DNA from: Anaerolineales bacterium
GTDB lineage: Bacteria > Chloroflexota > Anaerolineae > Anaerolineales > UBA11858
Assembly (NCBI GenBank): GCA_015485245.1
Contig: WFTY01000175.1
Coordinates: forward strand, 1 to 30,582
Direction: 5' to 3'
Length of the DNA stretch: 30,582 bases
Part shown: in pieces, positions 1-9,892 of the stretch
How positions within the stretch are numbered: position 1 is the first letter of the stretch
How the letters are laid out: the number at the start of each line of letters is the position of its first letter
Program-made: the position numbers and the translations under genes
The notes under the pieces: generated by a model
Seen by the model: the letters and a program-made list of their open reading frames with translations, nothing else
The model's database searches: none
Told to the model about the DNA's origin: nothing

Positions 1-311
1 AACATAATACGGCCGGGTTTGACCACAGCAGCCCAGTATTCCACCGCACCCTTGCCTTTACCCATGCGGCTTTCGGCCGCGCGCTTTGTGATCGGCTTAT
101 CGGGGAAGATGCGAATCCACACCTTGCCGCGGCGGCGCATGGCGCGGGTCATCGCCCGGCGGGCAGCCTCAATCTGACGGGCGGAAACCCACCCCGGCTC
201 CAGAGCCTGCAGGGCATATTCCCCAAAGTGGATCTCGGAGCCGCGATGCGCTTTGCCCTTCATCCGGCCGCGCATTTGCTTACGATACTTTACACGCTTT
301 GGCATCAACAT
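1..311 (-). CDS. rplP: 50S ribosomal protein L16 (partial; runs off window start)
   Basis: Not in the ORF track. Hand translation from ATG at 311 gives [24 protein letters not shown]...[39 protein letters not shown], the canonical L16 motifs. Position after rpsC fits. Confidence 0.97.
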   Translation of the reverse strand, partial: MLMPKRVKYRKQMRGRMKGKAHRGSEIHFGEYALQALEPGWVSARQIEAARRAMTRAMRRRGKVWIRIFPDKPITKRAAESRMGKGKGAVEYWAAVVKPGRIM

Positions 312-361
312 AGTTGATCACTCTCTTATCTTTCAAGTCGCATTGCGGCGACTTTCCTCGA

Positions 362-1039
362 TTATTCGCTGACGTACACGCCTTCCGTCGCTTCCGGCGT
401 CTCCTCGGATTCGGGGAAAATCTCGCCCTTATAAATCCACACCTTGACGCCAATGCGTCCATAGGTGGTGTGCGCCTCGGCGATGGCATAATCAATATCG
501 GCGCGCAGAGTCTGGCGCGGTACGCGTCCCTCGCGCATGTGAATGGTGCGGGCCATCTCCGAGCCGCCCAGGCGACCGGAAACCTGCACGCGGATTCCCT
601 CCGCACCCTGGCGCATAGCCTGACCAATGGCGCGCTTCATGGCGCGCGAGAAGCTGATGCGTCGCTCCAACTGATCGGCGATGTTGCGAGCCACCAGGAA
701 GGCATCCAGGTCGGGGTTCTCAATCTCTTTGATATCCAGATCGATCTTCTTGCCAACCAGCGCTTCCAGCGCCGCGCGGGTGTTCTTGACATTAGCGCCT
801 TTGCGCCCAATGAACACGCCCGGCTTGGCTGTGTGCACCACAACCTTCACTTTACCAGGGTAGCGTTCAATCTCAATGCGCGAGACCCCAGCGTTCTCAT
901 TTTCCTTGAAAATCAACTCGCGAATGGCGAAATCCTGATGTAGTTGATCGACGTAATTCTCGCCTTCGGCATACCAGCGGGCATCCCAGGTGCGGTTGAT
1001 CCCCAGACGAAATCCAATCGGATGTACTTTGCGACCCAT
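362..1039 (-). CDS. rpsC: 30S ribosomal protein S3
   Basis: [14 protein letters not shown]-terminus, KH domain, [10 protein letters not shown], and [22 protein letters not shown] motifs. Confidence 0.98.
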   Translation of the reverse strand: MGRKVHPIGFRLGINRTWDARWYAEGENYVDQLHQDFAIRELIFKENENAGVSRIEIERYPGKVKVVVHTAKPGVFIGRKGANVKNTRAALEALVGKKIDLDIKEIENPDLDAFLVARNIADQLERRISFSRAMKRAIGQAMRQGAEGIRVQVSGRLGGSEMARTIHMREGRVPRQTLRADIDYAIAEAHTTYGRIGVKVWIYKGEIFPESEETPEATEGVYVSE

Positions 1040-1051
1040 AGTCTCTCCTAA

Positions 1052-1396
1052 CTAAGCCTCACGCTCACGCAGAATGACAGTAATATGCGAGGAACGGCGC
1101 AACCAGGGTTTGAAACGCCCGCGAGCGCCAAAACGGCGCCATCGGCGCGTCGGCCCTTCATCTGCAACAATCTTGTGAATGTACAGATCCCTGCGATTCA
1201 AACCAAAATTCTCTTCTGCGTTCGCCATCGCCGAGGCAATAACCTTCGAAATCGGCCGCGCAGCTTTATTGGGCACGAACTTCAGCATGTCTAGCGCCTC
1301 GAGCACGTCTTTCCCGCGTACCAGATTAACCACTAGGCGGGCTTTTTGCGGAGAAACCTGAATATGTCGAGCATGAGCGCGAATATCATGTGTCAT
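1052..1396 (-). CDS. rplV: 50S ribosomal protein L22
   Basis: SPQKARLVVNLVRG, SAMANAE, DEGP...SSHITV motifs and S10-operon position. ATG at 1396 is preferred over GTG at 1399 from GAGG spacing. Confidence 0.96.
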   Translation of the reverse strand: MTHDIRAHARHIQVSPQKARLVVNLVRGKDVLEALDMLKFVPNKAARPISKVIASAMANAEENFGLNRRDLYIHKIVADEGPTRRWRRFGARGRFKPWLRRSSHITVILREREA

Positions 1397-1404
1397 CACT
1401 CACC

Positions 1405-1677
1405 TCACTTCCGTTTCTTCTCAACAATGTGCCCGCGGAACGTCCGGGTCAGGGCGAATTCGCCCAAGCGGTGCCCCACCATCGTTTCGGTGATGTAGAT
1501 AGGTACATGTCGACGGCCATCATGCACCGCAATCGTGTGCCCCACCATCTGGGGGAAGATCACGCTTTCCCGGCTCCAGGTGCGGATCACTTTCTTCTCG
1601 CCACTTTCATTCATGGCTTCAATCTTCTTCAGCAACTTCGGGTTTACGTAAGGCCCTTTTTTCAGTGATCGTGACAT
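1405..1677 (-). CDS. rpsS: 30S ribosomal protein S19
   Basis: [40 protein letters not shown] motifs. Confidence 0.98.
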   Translation of the reverse strand: MSRSLKKGPYVNPKLLKKIEAMNESGEKKVIRTWSRESVIFPQMVGHTIAVHDGRRHVPIYITETMVGHRLGEFALTRTFRGHIVEKKRK

Positions 1678-1682
1678 ATCAA

Positions 1683-1769
1683 TAGTCTCCTGGTCTCCTG
1701 GTCTCTTAGTCGTATATCCTCTAGTCGTTCAGACTATTTGACAACCAGACTAACTGACCATGTGACTAA
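1683..1769. repeat. Period-8 inverted repeat array (TRGTC units facing GACYA units) in the rplB-rpsS spacer
   Basis: TAGTC/TGGTC at 1683, 1691, 1699, 1707, 1722; GACTA/GACAA/GACCA at 1732, 1740, 1748, 1756, 1764. Confidence 0.85.
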
Positions 1770-1771
1770 TC

Positions 1772-2608
1772 CTACCGGCGTTTCTTGCCGCGACGGCGGA
1801 TGATGTACTGATCCGTCCGTTTGTTGCGACGGGTCTTCTTCCCCAGGGTTTTCTTCCCCCAGGGGCTCTTGGGGCTGGGCATACCAATAGGGGAACGCCC
1901 TTCGCCGCCGCCGTGGGGGTGGTCGTTGGGGTTCATCGCCGAGCCACGCACCGTGGGGCGGATGCCCAGATGGCGCTTGCGCCCCGCCTTGCCGAGCTTG
2001 ATGTTACTGTGATCCAGGTTGCCCACCTGACCAATGGTGGCGTAACAATTACGATGGATCAGGCGGATTTCACCTGAGGGCAGGCGGACATGGGCATAGT
2101 GACCCTCTTTCGCCAGCAATTGCGCCGCCGTCCCGGCAGAGCGCACCAACTGCGCGCCGCGACCGGGTTGCAGCTCAATGTTATGGATCATCGTCCCGGT
2201 GGGGATCGCGCTCAGGGGCATGCTGTTCCCGGTGCGAATATCCGCATCCGGGCCAGCCATTACGTTGTCTCCTACTTTCAAGCCAACCGGCGCCAGGATA
2301 TAGCGCTTCTCGCCATCCACATAATGCAGCAACGCCAGACGGGCAGTGCGGTTAGGGTCATACTCAATCGCCGCCACGCGCGCCGGGATGCCACGCTTAT
2401 CGCGCTTGAAATCCACCAGGCGAATCTTGCGCTTGTGCCCGCCGCCGCGATGACGTACGGTGATACGCCCATAAGCGTTACGCCCGCCACGGGTGTGCCG
2501 TTTGATAACCAGCGAACGCTCCGGCTTGGACTTGGTAATCTCTTCAAATGTGTATCCCGTGCGGCCCCGCATACCGGGGGTCACGGGCTTGTATTTCTTT
2601 ACCGCCAT
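1772..2608 (-). CDS. rplB: 50S ribosomal protein L2
   Basis: [41 protein letters not shown] motifs. Confidence 0.99.
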   Translation of the reverse strand: MAVKKYKPVTPGMRGRTGYTFEEITKSKPERSLVIKRHTRGGRNAYGRITVRHRGGGHKRKIRLVDFKRDKRGIPARVAAIEYDPNRTARLALLHYVDGEKRYILAPVGLKVGDNVMAGPDADIRTGNSMPLSAIPTGTMIHNIELQPGRGAQLVRSAGTAAQLLAKEGHYAHVRLPSGEIRLIHRNCYATIGQVGNLDHSNIKLGKAGRKRHLGIRPTVRGSAMNPNDHPHGGGEGRSPIGMPSPKSPWGKKTLGKKTRRNKRTDQYIIRRRGKKRR

Positions 2609-2610
2609 GA

Positions 2611-2916
2611 CTACCGTACTCCTTCAAAGACCTCGATGGTGTCATCGGGGTGCAAAGTCACCAACGCCTTTTTATAAGCACTGCGGCGCACCAATAGACG
2701 ACGACTGAGCGCGCGGCGACTGCGTTTGGCAGGCATAACCATCGTGTTCACCCGCAGCACACGCACATCGAACAAAGTCTCCACCGCATCCTTAATCATT
2801 GTCTTGGATGCGCGCTTGTCCACCTCAAACGCGTATTGATGCAGTTTGGCAAACTGGTGGCTGGATTTTTCCGTCCACAGAGGACGTTTCAGGATATCGT
2901 AAACACTCAACGCCAT
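2611..2916 (-). CDS. rplW: 50S ribosomal protein L23
   Basis: [34 protein letters not shown] motifs. Start taken at MALSVYD (ATG 2916), not the ORF-track start at 2925. Confidence 0.95.
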   Translation of the reverse strand: MALSVYDILKRPLWTEKSSHQFAKLHQYAFEVDKRASKTMIKDAVETLFDVRVLRVNTMVMPAKRSRRALSRRLLVRRSAYKKALVTLHPDDTIEVFEGVR

Positions 2917-2925
2917 TTTGATCAC

Positions 2926-3555
2926 CTATCCCAAGTGTTCCACAATCGCGTCCAAAGCCTGCAACGGGAGGATCACCTTATCATAATTCAGCAGGTCCCG
3001 GATGTTCAGGTAGCGGACGTTCAGCGTCTTAGCCTGCGGCAGGTTGCGCGCCGAAAGCTCCACCACGCGGTAGTTCTCATCCTTGACAGGAACCACAATC
3101 AACGCGCTGGCGTCGCCCGCCAGCTTCTGCAAAGCTTCCGCCATCAGGCGCGTCTTGGGTTCTTTGAGCTTCATTTCTTTGACGATCACAATCCCGTCTT
3201 CGGCCGCCTTAGCAGAAAGTGCGGAACGCAACGCTGCCCGGCGCATTTTAACAGGCATCTTCTTCGAATAATCGCGCGGGCGCGGGGTGTGCACCTTACC
3301 GCCGCCAACCCAGATGGGAGAGCGAGTTGTGCCCTGACGGGCCCGGCCGGTGCCTTTCTGGCGCCAGGGCTTTCGCCCGCCGCCTCGCACCTCACCGCGT
3401 GATTTTGTCTTGTGCGTCCCCAGGCGGGCGTTCGCCATCTGACGAACATAGGCCTGGTGCATCAAATCGACGTTAATAGGGGCTTCAAAAATGTTCACGG
3501 GGAGTTCCACCGTGTCCACCTTGCGGCCCTGCATGTTGACTACTTTCACTTCCAT
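2926..3555 (-). CDS. rplD: 50S ribosomal protein L4
   Basis: [18 protein letters not shown] and [13 protein letters not shown] motifs. Real start is MEVKVV (ATG 3555); the ORF-track extension overlaps rplC. Confidence 0.97.
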   Translation of the reverse strand: MEVKVVNMQGRKVDTVELPVNIFEAPINVDLMHQAYVRQMANARLGTHKTKSRGEVRGGGRKPWRQKGTGRARQGTTRSPIWVGGGKVHTPRPRDYSKKMPVKMRRAALRSALSAKAAEDGIVIVKEMKLKEPKTRLMAEALQKLAGDASALIVVPVKDENYRVVELSARNLPQAKTLNVRYLNIRDLLNYDKVILPLQALDAIVEHLG

Positions 3556-3574
3556 GATCGCTTCGCTCCAACCA

Positions 3575-4204
3575 CTACTGTTTGCGCGCTTCTTTGAGCA
3601 CCACAAGACCGCCCTTGGGGCCCGGCACTGCGCCGCGCACCCCAATCAGGTTGCGCTCAACATCCACAAACACAACCTTGAGGTTTTGCGCGGTCACGCG
3701 ATGATTGCCCATACGCCCCGGCATGCGTTTTCCAGGAAAAACGCGCGCCGTACCAGAGGTCGCGCCAATGGAACCCACCGCGCGATGACGATCGGATTGA
3801 CCATGGGTTTTGGGGCCGCCACGGAAGCCATAGCGCTTGACTGCGCCAGCAAAGCCGCGTCCCTTGCTGCGGCCAACCACATCCACGTGGTCGCCAACTT
3901 CAAAGACCTCCACAGTCATTTTGTCGCCTTCTTTAACCTCCACGCCCTTGACGCGAAATTCACGCAGAAAGCGCAGAGGAGGCAGGTCATGTTTCTTGAG
4001 ATGTCCCAATTGCCCGCCGGTCAGACGGCGCGGTTTGGATTCACCAAAACCCAGCTGCACAGCGGAGTAGCCATCGCTCTCCTCGGTTCGCACCTGGGTA
4101 ACATAGCAAGGCCCAGCTTCGATGACTGTGACGGGAATAGCCACACCTGCATCATCGAAAATCTGGGTCATGCCGATTTTCTTCCCGATCAGCCCTTTAA
4201 ACAT
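3575..4204 (-). CDS. rplC: 50S ribosomal protein L3
   Basis: GKKIGMTQIF, SKGRGFAGAVKRYGF, GKRMPGRMG motifs; AAGGAG SD upstream. Confidence 0.98.
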   Translation of the reverse strand: MFKGLIGKKIGMTQIFDDAGVAIPVTVIEAGPCYVTQVRTEESDGYSAVQLGFGESKPRRLTGGQLGHLKKHDLPPLRFLREFRVKGVEVKEGDKMTVEVFEVGDHVDVVGRSKGRGFAGAVKRYGFRGGPKTHGQSDRHRAVGSIGATSGTARVFPGKRMPGRMGNHRVTAQNLKVVFVDVERNLIGVRGAVPGPKGGLVVLKEARKQ

Positions 4205-4445
4205 CTCGATTGTTCTCCTTCATTTTTCGGTGTTGCCACTCATATTTGAGCGACGCACACACATGATGGGGACTGTCAGCCTGGGCTTGGCTGCATCATC
4301 CCGCCATAACGCAGTCAGTGGCCTCGCCGCGGCGAAGAAAATCTTTGGCCGCTCGTCCGATCACTCTTGCGCTATGCCGTACTCAGTTTTAATCGGGTTT
4401 TACAACCCGCTTCACCAGCCTGCCGTCGCCGGGGCAACGGCAGGC
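4205..4445 (-). ncRNA. Candidate structured 5' leader RNA of rplC (unassigned family)
   Basis: The 269-bp spacer has no credible ORF. Hand-found hairpins: 12-bp stem 4418-4445, CGGGTT-GTAA-AACCCG at 4394-4409, and further stems toward rplC. Confidence 0.45.
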
Positions 4446-4450
4446 CGACA

Positions 4451-4459
4451 ATTGTACCA
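4451..4459 (-). promoter_or_regulatory. Putative extended -10 promoter (TGGTACAAT) internal to the S10 operon, upstream of rplC
   Basis: TGnTAnAAT consensus match 14 nt after the rpsJ stop; no recognisable -35. Confidence 0.5.
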
Positions 4460-4473
4460 GTAAATATTCGACG

Positions 4474-4782
4474 TTATATCTTGATTTCGATATCCACGCC
4501 CGCAGGCAGGTTCAGGCGCATCAGCATATCAATCGTCTTGGAGTCAGGCTCCAACACGTCAATCAGCCGGTTATGAGTGCGGATTTCGAAATGTTCGTGC
4601 GAATCCTTATCAATAAAGGTCGAACGACGAACAGTAAAGCGCTCGATCTTGGTCGGCAAAGGGACTGGGCCAACCACCCGCGCGCCGGTCCGTTCAGCGG
4701 TATCCACGATGCGCTTGGCGGATTGATCCAGCACACGATGGTCGTATGCCTTCAAACGAATGCGAATCTTCTGGTTTGCCAT
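4474..4782 (-). CDS. rpsJ: 30S ribosomal protein S10
   Basis: [32 protein letters not shown] motifs. Confidence 0.98.
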   Translation of the reverse strand: MANQKIRIRLKAYDHRVLDQSAKRIVDTAERTGARVVGPVPLPTKIERFTVRRSTFIDKDSHEHFEIRTHNRLIDVLEPDSKTIDMLMRLNLPAGVDIEIKI

Positions 4783-4789
4783 AGTATTC

Positions 4790-5992
4790 CTACTCGATGA
4801 TCTTGGTGACCACGCCAGCGCCCACCGTCAGGCCGCCTTCGCGAATGGCGAAGTTCTGCCCCTGCTCCAGCGCCACCGGCACGATCAACTCCACTTCCAT
4901 GTTCACGTTGTCTCCTGGCATCACCATCTCCACGCCCTCCGGCAGCTTGATCGTCCCCGTCACATCAATCGTCTTGATGTAAAACTGCGGCCGATACCCG
5001 CTGAAGAACGGCTTGTGCCGCCCTCCCTCGTCTGCCTTCAGCACGTACACCTCCGCCATGAACTTCGTGTGCGGCGTGATGCTCTTCGGCTTCGCTATCA
5101 CCATCCCGCGCTCTACCTCGTCACGGTCGATGCCCCGCAGCAGCAAGCCCACGTTGTCCCCTGCCTGCCCTTCGTCCAGCAGCTTGTGGAACATCTCCAC
5201 GCCCGTGATCACCGTGCTCTTGATCTCCTCTCGCAATCCGACGATCTCCGCCGCATCGCCCACTTTGATCACCCCGCGCTCGATCCGCCCCGTCACCACT
5301 GTGCCTCTCCCCTTGATCGAGAACACGTCCTCCACCGGCATCATGAACGGCTTGTCCAGCTCCCGCTCCGGCTCCGGAATATACTCATCCACCACCCGCA
5401 ACAACTCTTTGATCGGCGCATACTCCGGCGCATCCGGATCCTTGCTGTCGCTCTGCAACGCCTGTAACGCACTCCCCTTCACTATCGGAGTCTCGTCCCC
5501 AGGAAATCCATATTCGTCCAGCAGCTCCCGCAGCTCCAGCTCCACCAGCTCCAACAGCTCCGGATCATCCATCATGTCCACTTTGTTCAGAAACACCACG
5601 ATCGACGGCACTTCCACCTGCCTCGCCAGCAACACGTGCTCCCGCGTCTGCGGCATCGCCCCGTCCGGCGCTGCCACCACCAGTATCGCCCCGTCAACCT
5701 GCGCCGCCCCCGTGATCATGTTCTTAATATAATCTCGGTGCCCGGGCATGTCCACGTGCGCATAGTGCCGATTCTCCGTCTCGTACTCCACGTGCGAGAT
5801 GTTGATCGTGATCCCGCGCTCCCGCTCTTCCGGCGCATTGTCGATCTCGTCAAACGCCCGAAAGTCCCCGTGCCCTACCAGCGCACAGTATTTCGTGATC
5901 GCCGCCGTCAACGTCGTCTTCCCATGGTCGATGTGCCCCATGGTCCCTACGTTCAGGTGCGGCTTGTCGCGTACAAACGTTTCCTTTGCCAT
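4790..5992 (-). CDS. tuf: Elongation factor Tu
   Basis: [35 protein letters not shown] motifs; 400 aa; GAGGAG SD. Confidence 0.99.
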   Translation of the reverse strand: MAKETFVRDKPHLNVGTMGHIDHGKTTLTAAITKYCALVGHGDFRAFDEIDNAPEERERGITINISHVEYETENRHYAHVDMPGHRDYIKNMITGAAQVDGAILVVAAPDGAMPQTREHVLLARQVEVPSIVVFLNKVDMMDDPELLELVELELRELLDEYGFPGDETPIVKGSALQALQSDSKDPDAPEYAPIKELLRVVDEYIPEPERELDKPFMMPVEDVFSIKGRGTVVTGRIERGVIKVGDAAEIVGLREEIKSTVITGVEMFHKLLDEGQAGDNVGLLLRGIDRDEVERGMVIAKPKSITPHTKFMAEVYVLKADEGGRHKPFFSGYRPQFYIKTIDVTGTIKLPEGVEMVMPGDNVNMEVELIVPVALEQGQNFAIREGGLTVGAGVVTKIIE

Positions 5993-6048
5993 AATGTACT
6001 ATCTCCTCGAAATTATTCAACCATTCCGGTCATAGGTTTGGCGAGAAG

Positions 6049-6121
<73 letters not shown>

Positions 6122-6178
6122 TAGTCTCTTACAGCATGAACCGCTGACGGCGCGCGGCCGCCAGCGTGTCCAGGCAAG

Positions 6179-6261
6179 TGGGCGGAAGAGGATTCGAACC
6201 TCTGAAGGCGTTCGCCAGCTGATTTACAGTCAGCCCCCTTTGGCCACTTGGGTATCCGCCC
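6179..6261 (-). tRNA. tRNA-Tyr(GTA), long variable arm, CCA not encoded
   Basis: Acceptor GGGCGGA/TCCGCCC, anticodon arm GCTGA-CTGTAAA-TCAGC, variable arm GGCGAACGCC, T-loop GGTTCGAATCC. Confidence 0.96.
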
Positions 6262-6264
6262 GCG

Positions 6265-6334
6265 CAGTCGTTAGTCGACTGGTCGCTTAGCCCCCTCGCG
6301 TGGAACGACGAGGCTAACCGACTGGTTGGCTAAC
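6265..6334. repeat. Second period-8 inverted array (TAGTC/TGGTC/TAGCC facing GGCTA/GACTG/GGCTA) in the tRNA-Thr/tRNA-Tyr spacer
   Basis: Left units at 6272, 6280, 6288; right units at 6312, 6320, 6328. On the + strand 6270-6292 pairs with 6312-6334 with one mismatch. Confidence 0.8.
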
Positions 6335-6339
6335 AGAGG

Positions 6340-6412
6340 AGCCGACGACGGGAATTGAACCCGTAACCTGCCGCTTACAAGGCGGCTGCTCTGCCGATTG
6401 AGCTACGTCGGC
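6340..6412 (-). tRNA. tRNA-Thr(TGT), full CCA not encoded
   Basis: Acceptor GCCGACG/CGTCGGC, anticodon arm GCCGC-CTTGTAA-GCGGC, T-loop GGTTCAATTCC. Confidence 0.96.
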
Positions 6413-6453
6413 TTGCTTTGCCTGGTAACGTGCAACCTTAAAAGAGCGCAGGC

Positions 6454-6482
6454 ATTATACCAGAGAGCCACATCAGCGACAA
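6454..6482 (-). promoter_or_regulatory. Sigma70-type promoter for the tRNA-tuf-S10 transcript
   Basis: TTGTCG (6482-6477), 17 bp, then TATAAT (6459-6454) with the TG extension, followed by the GC-rich discriminator GCCTGCGC. Confidence 0.75.
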
Positions 6483-6521
6483 GACCGGCGCTCTTCTACC
6501 ATTCAACGGCGGGGGAGTCTA

Positions 6522-7283
6522 TCAGGATTTAGATGAATCGTCAATGGACTGAAAGCCGCGTGCCCGCCAGGCGAAATACAAGGCTACCGAGCCTGCCACA
6601 GCGGCGTTAAGCGAATCTACGCGACCGCGCATGGGCAGGCGGATAAGCACATCACACGACTTGCGGATTAGCGCGCGCATACCGGAGGCTTCGTTCCCCA
6701 CAACCAGCGCCAGCGGGCCGCTCAAATCCAAGGTCTCAATTGAGCGGGACTGAGGCCCACCATCCAGACCATACACCCAGATGTTCTCCCGCTTAAAAAC
6801 ATTAACCGCCTGAGCGAGGTTAGCCTGAGCGACGAGCAGGTGCTCACTTGCCCCCGAAGAGGTGTTTACCACAGCGGGGGTGATGGTGGCGGTGCGACGC
6901 AACGGCAACACCACACCATGCACGCCCACTGCCTCTGCCGTGCGCAGCAACGCGCCGAGGTTGTGGGTATCCTGCACGGTGTCCAGAATCAGCAAAAAAG
7001 GGGGTTCTGCACGGCGCTCCGCCAGAAAGAGCATCTCGCCGAGATCGGCATAGGGATAGCCGCTGACTTCCACCGCCACCCCTTGATGAGTGCCACCCAG
7101 CGAATCAAGCTGCGACCGGGGAACGCGCTCCACGTGATAACCGCGGCGGGCGGCGATCTCCAGCGCGCTTTTCAAATGACGTTTCTGATCCACCCCCTCA
7201 GCCACCCGTAGACAGAACACCTGCCGCCGCCCGGCTCGCAGAGTCTCATACACCGGGTTGCGCCCGACAATCCATTCGCGCAT
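6522..7283 (-). CDS. rlmB: 23S rRNA (guanosine-2'-O)-methyltransferase, SpoU/TrmH family
   Basis: GRNPVYE, HQGVA, ILDTVQDTHNLGALLRTA, VVGNEASG, IRLPMRGRVDSLNAAVA SPOUT motifs; follows cysS. Confidence 0.9.
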   Translation of the reverse strand: MREWIVGRNPVYETLRAGRRQVFCLRVAEGVDQKRHLKSALEIAARRGYHVERVPRSQLDSLGGTHQGVAVEVSGYPYADLGEMLFLAERRAEPPFLLILDTVQDTHNLGALLRTAEAVGVHGVVLPLRRTATITPAVVNTSSGASEHLLVAQANLAQAVNVFKRENIWVYGLDGGPQSRSIETLDLSGPLALVVGNEASGMRALIRKSCDVLIRLPMRGRVDSLNAAVAGSVALYFAWRARGFQSIDDSSKS

Positions 7284-7300
7284 GCGTCACGCTCGGCGGA

Positions 7301-8691
<1,391 letters not shown>

Positions 8692-8692
<1 letters not shown>

Positions 8693-9750
8693 CAGGACTT
8701 CACCTCCGGGCGGGCGAAAATCATCCGCCCTGCTGCGGTTTGCAGAACTTTGGTCACGTTGACAACCAGGTCCTCGCCGATGTGACGGGCGCCATTTTCC
8801 ACAACCACCATCGTTCCATCGTCCAGGTAACCAACACCCTGACCGGGTTCCTTGCCTTCCTGAATAATGCTCACTTTGATTGATTCACCGGGAAGAAGAA
8901 CCGCCTTAACTGCGTTCGCCAACTCATTGACGTTGAGCACCGGCACTCCCTGCAACTCAGCGATGCGGTTGAGATTGTAGTCATTGGTGAGCACCAGCGC
9001 CTTCAATTGACGCGCCAGGATGACCAGCTTATCATCCACCTCGCGCGTGCCCTCAACGTCAATATCGCTGATCTGCACCATCACCGAGGGGTCTTCCTGC
9101 AAGCGGGCCAACACTTCCATCCCGCGGCGACCGCGCTGGCGACGAAGTGCATCCGCCGAATCAGCGATGTATTGCAGCTCGTTGAGCACAAAGCGGGGGA
9201 TCAACAACGTCCCTGAGAGAAAGCCAGTGTGGGCGATATCAGCGATGCGCCCATCAATAATCACGCTGGTATCCACCAGGATTTTGCGCCCGCTCGCCAG
9301 CGAGTCTTCTTCCAACCCTTTGCGGCGCGGCAACCGGTTGAGGAAGATGCCAAAAATATCGTTTTGGCGCATCACAAACACAGCGACGCCAAAATAGCTG
9401 ACGATCAGAACCCCCAGAAAGGGAAGGATCTCCCCAAACGGAGGCGGCAACAACGAGAGCGGGAAAGCGAGCAAAGCCGCGATCACCAGCCCCACAATCA
9501 AGCCAACCAGACTGGCGACCAGGGTTTGCGCATCCAGCCGGCCCAGCAACGAGCGCAGCGCGCGCACCGGGCGCGTGGTGATATAGGGCGTCAACACCAA
9601 CCCCACCAACACGCCCACCAGACTCAAAACCACGGAATAGATTATGCGCGGTTGGGGAAGCAAATCTCCGGCAACCGAGCCGCCAAAGTAGGCCCCCACA
9701 ACGCCAAAAACAACCATCCCCACAAGTCGAGCAATAAAATCAGAACTCAT
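8692..9750 (-). CDS. Membrane-anchored PIN/TRAM domain protein (YacL-like)
   Basis: About four N-terminal TM segments, PIN motifs [28 protein letters not shown], and [24 protein letters not shown]. Start MSSDF (ATG 9750) has a CAGGAG SD; its stop overlaps the cysS ATG (TGATG). Confidence 0.9.
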
Positions 9751-9794
9751 CGAATAACTCCTGCAAATAATGGCAAGGATAAAATTGCAGTTGG

Positions 9795-9823
9795 ATAATA
9801 GCACGCCCCCTTAAGATCGTCAA
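9795..9823 (-). promoter_or_regulatory. Sigma70-type promoter for PIN/TRAM-cysS-rlmB
   Basis: TTGACG (9823-9818), 17 bp, then TG-extended TATTAT (9800-9795). Confidence 0.7.
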
Positions 9824-9863
9824 CTCCGACGGCATTCAGAAGAGCAACGATGGCAAAACTCGC

Positions 9864-9892
9864 TTGACAATCCCCCCTGAGACGTGTAAAAT
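9864..9892 (+). promoter_or_regulatory. Sigma70-type promoter for the tRNA-Phe/Gly/Cys cluster
   Basis: TTGACA (9864-9869), 17 bp, TAAAAT (9887-9892), then a GC-rich discriminator. Confidence 0.8.

Noticed and set aside
4418-4445. Intrinsic terminator after rpsJ
   Set aside because: Strong stem but no U-tract on either strand.
4205-4473. SRP RNA, ZTP riboswitch, tRNA or small ORF in the rpsJ-rplC spacer
   Set aside because: Only fragments match (GCAGCCAAG without the GGAAGGAA loop; GCCTGGGC on the wrong strand), there is no cloverleaf, and ORFs are 14 codons or fewer with no SD.
6442-6495. AAGAGCGC/GCGCTCTT inverted repeat flanking the tRNA promoter
   Set aside because: An 8-bp match 38 bp apart in GC-rich DNA with no other support; not distinguishable from chance.
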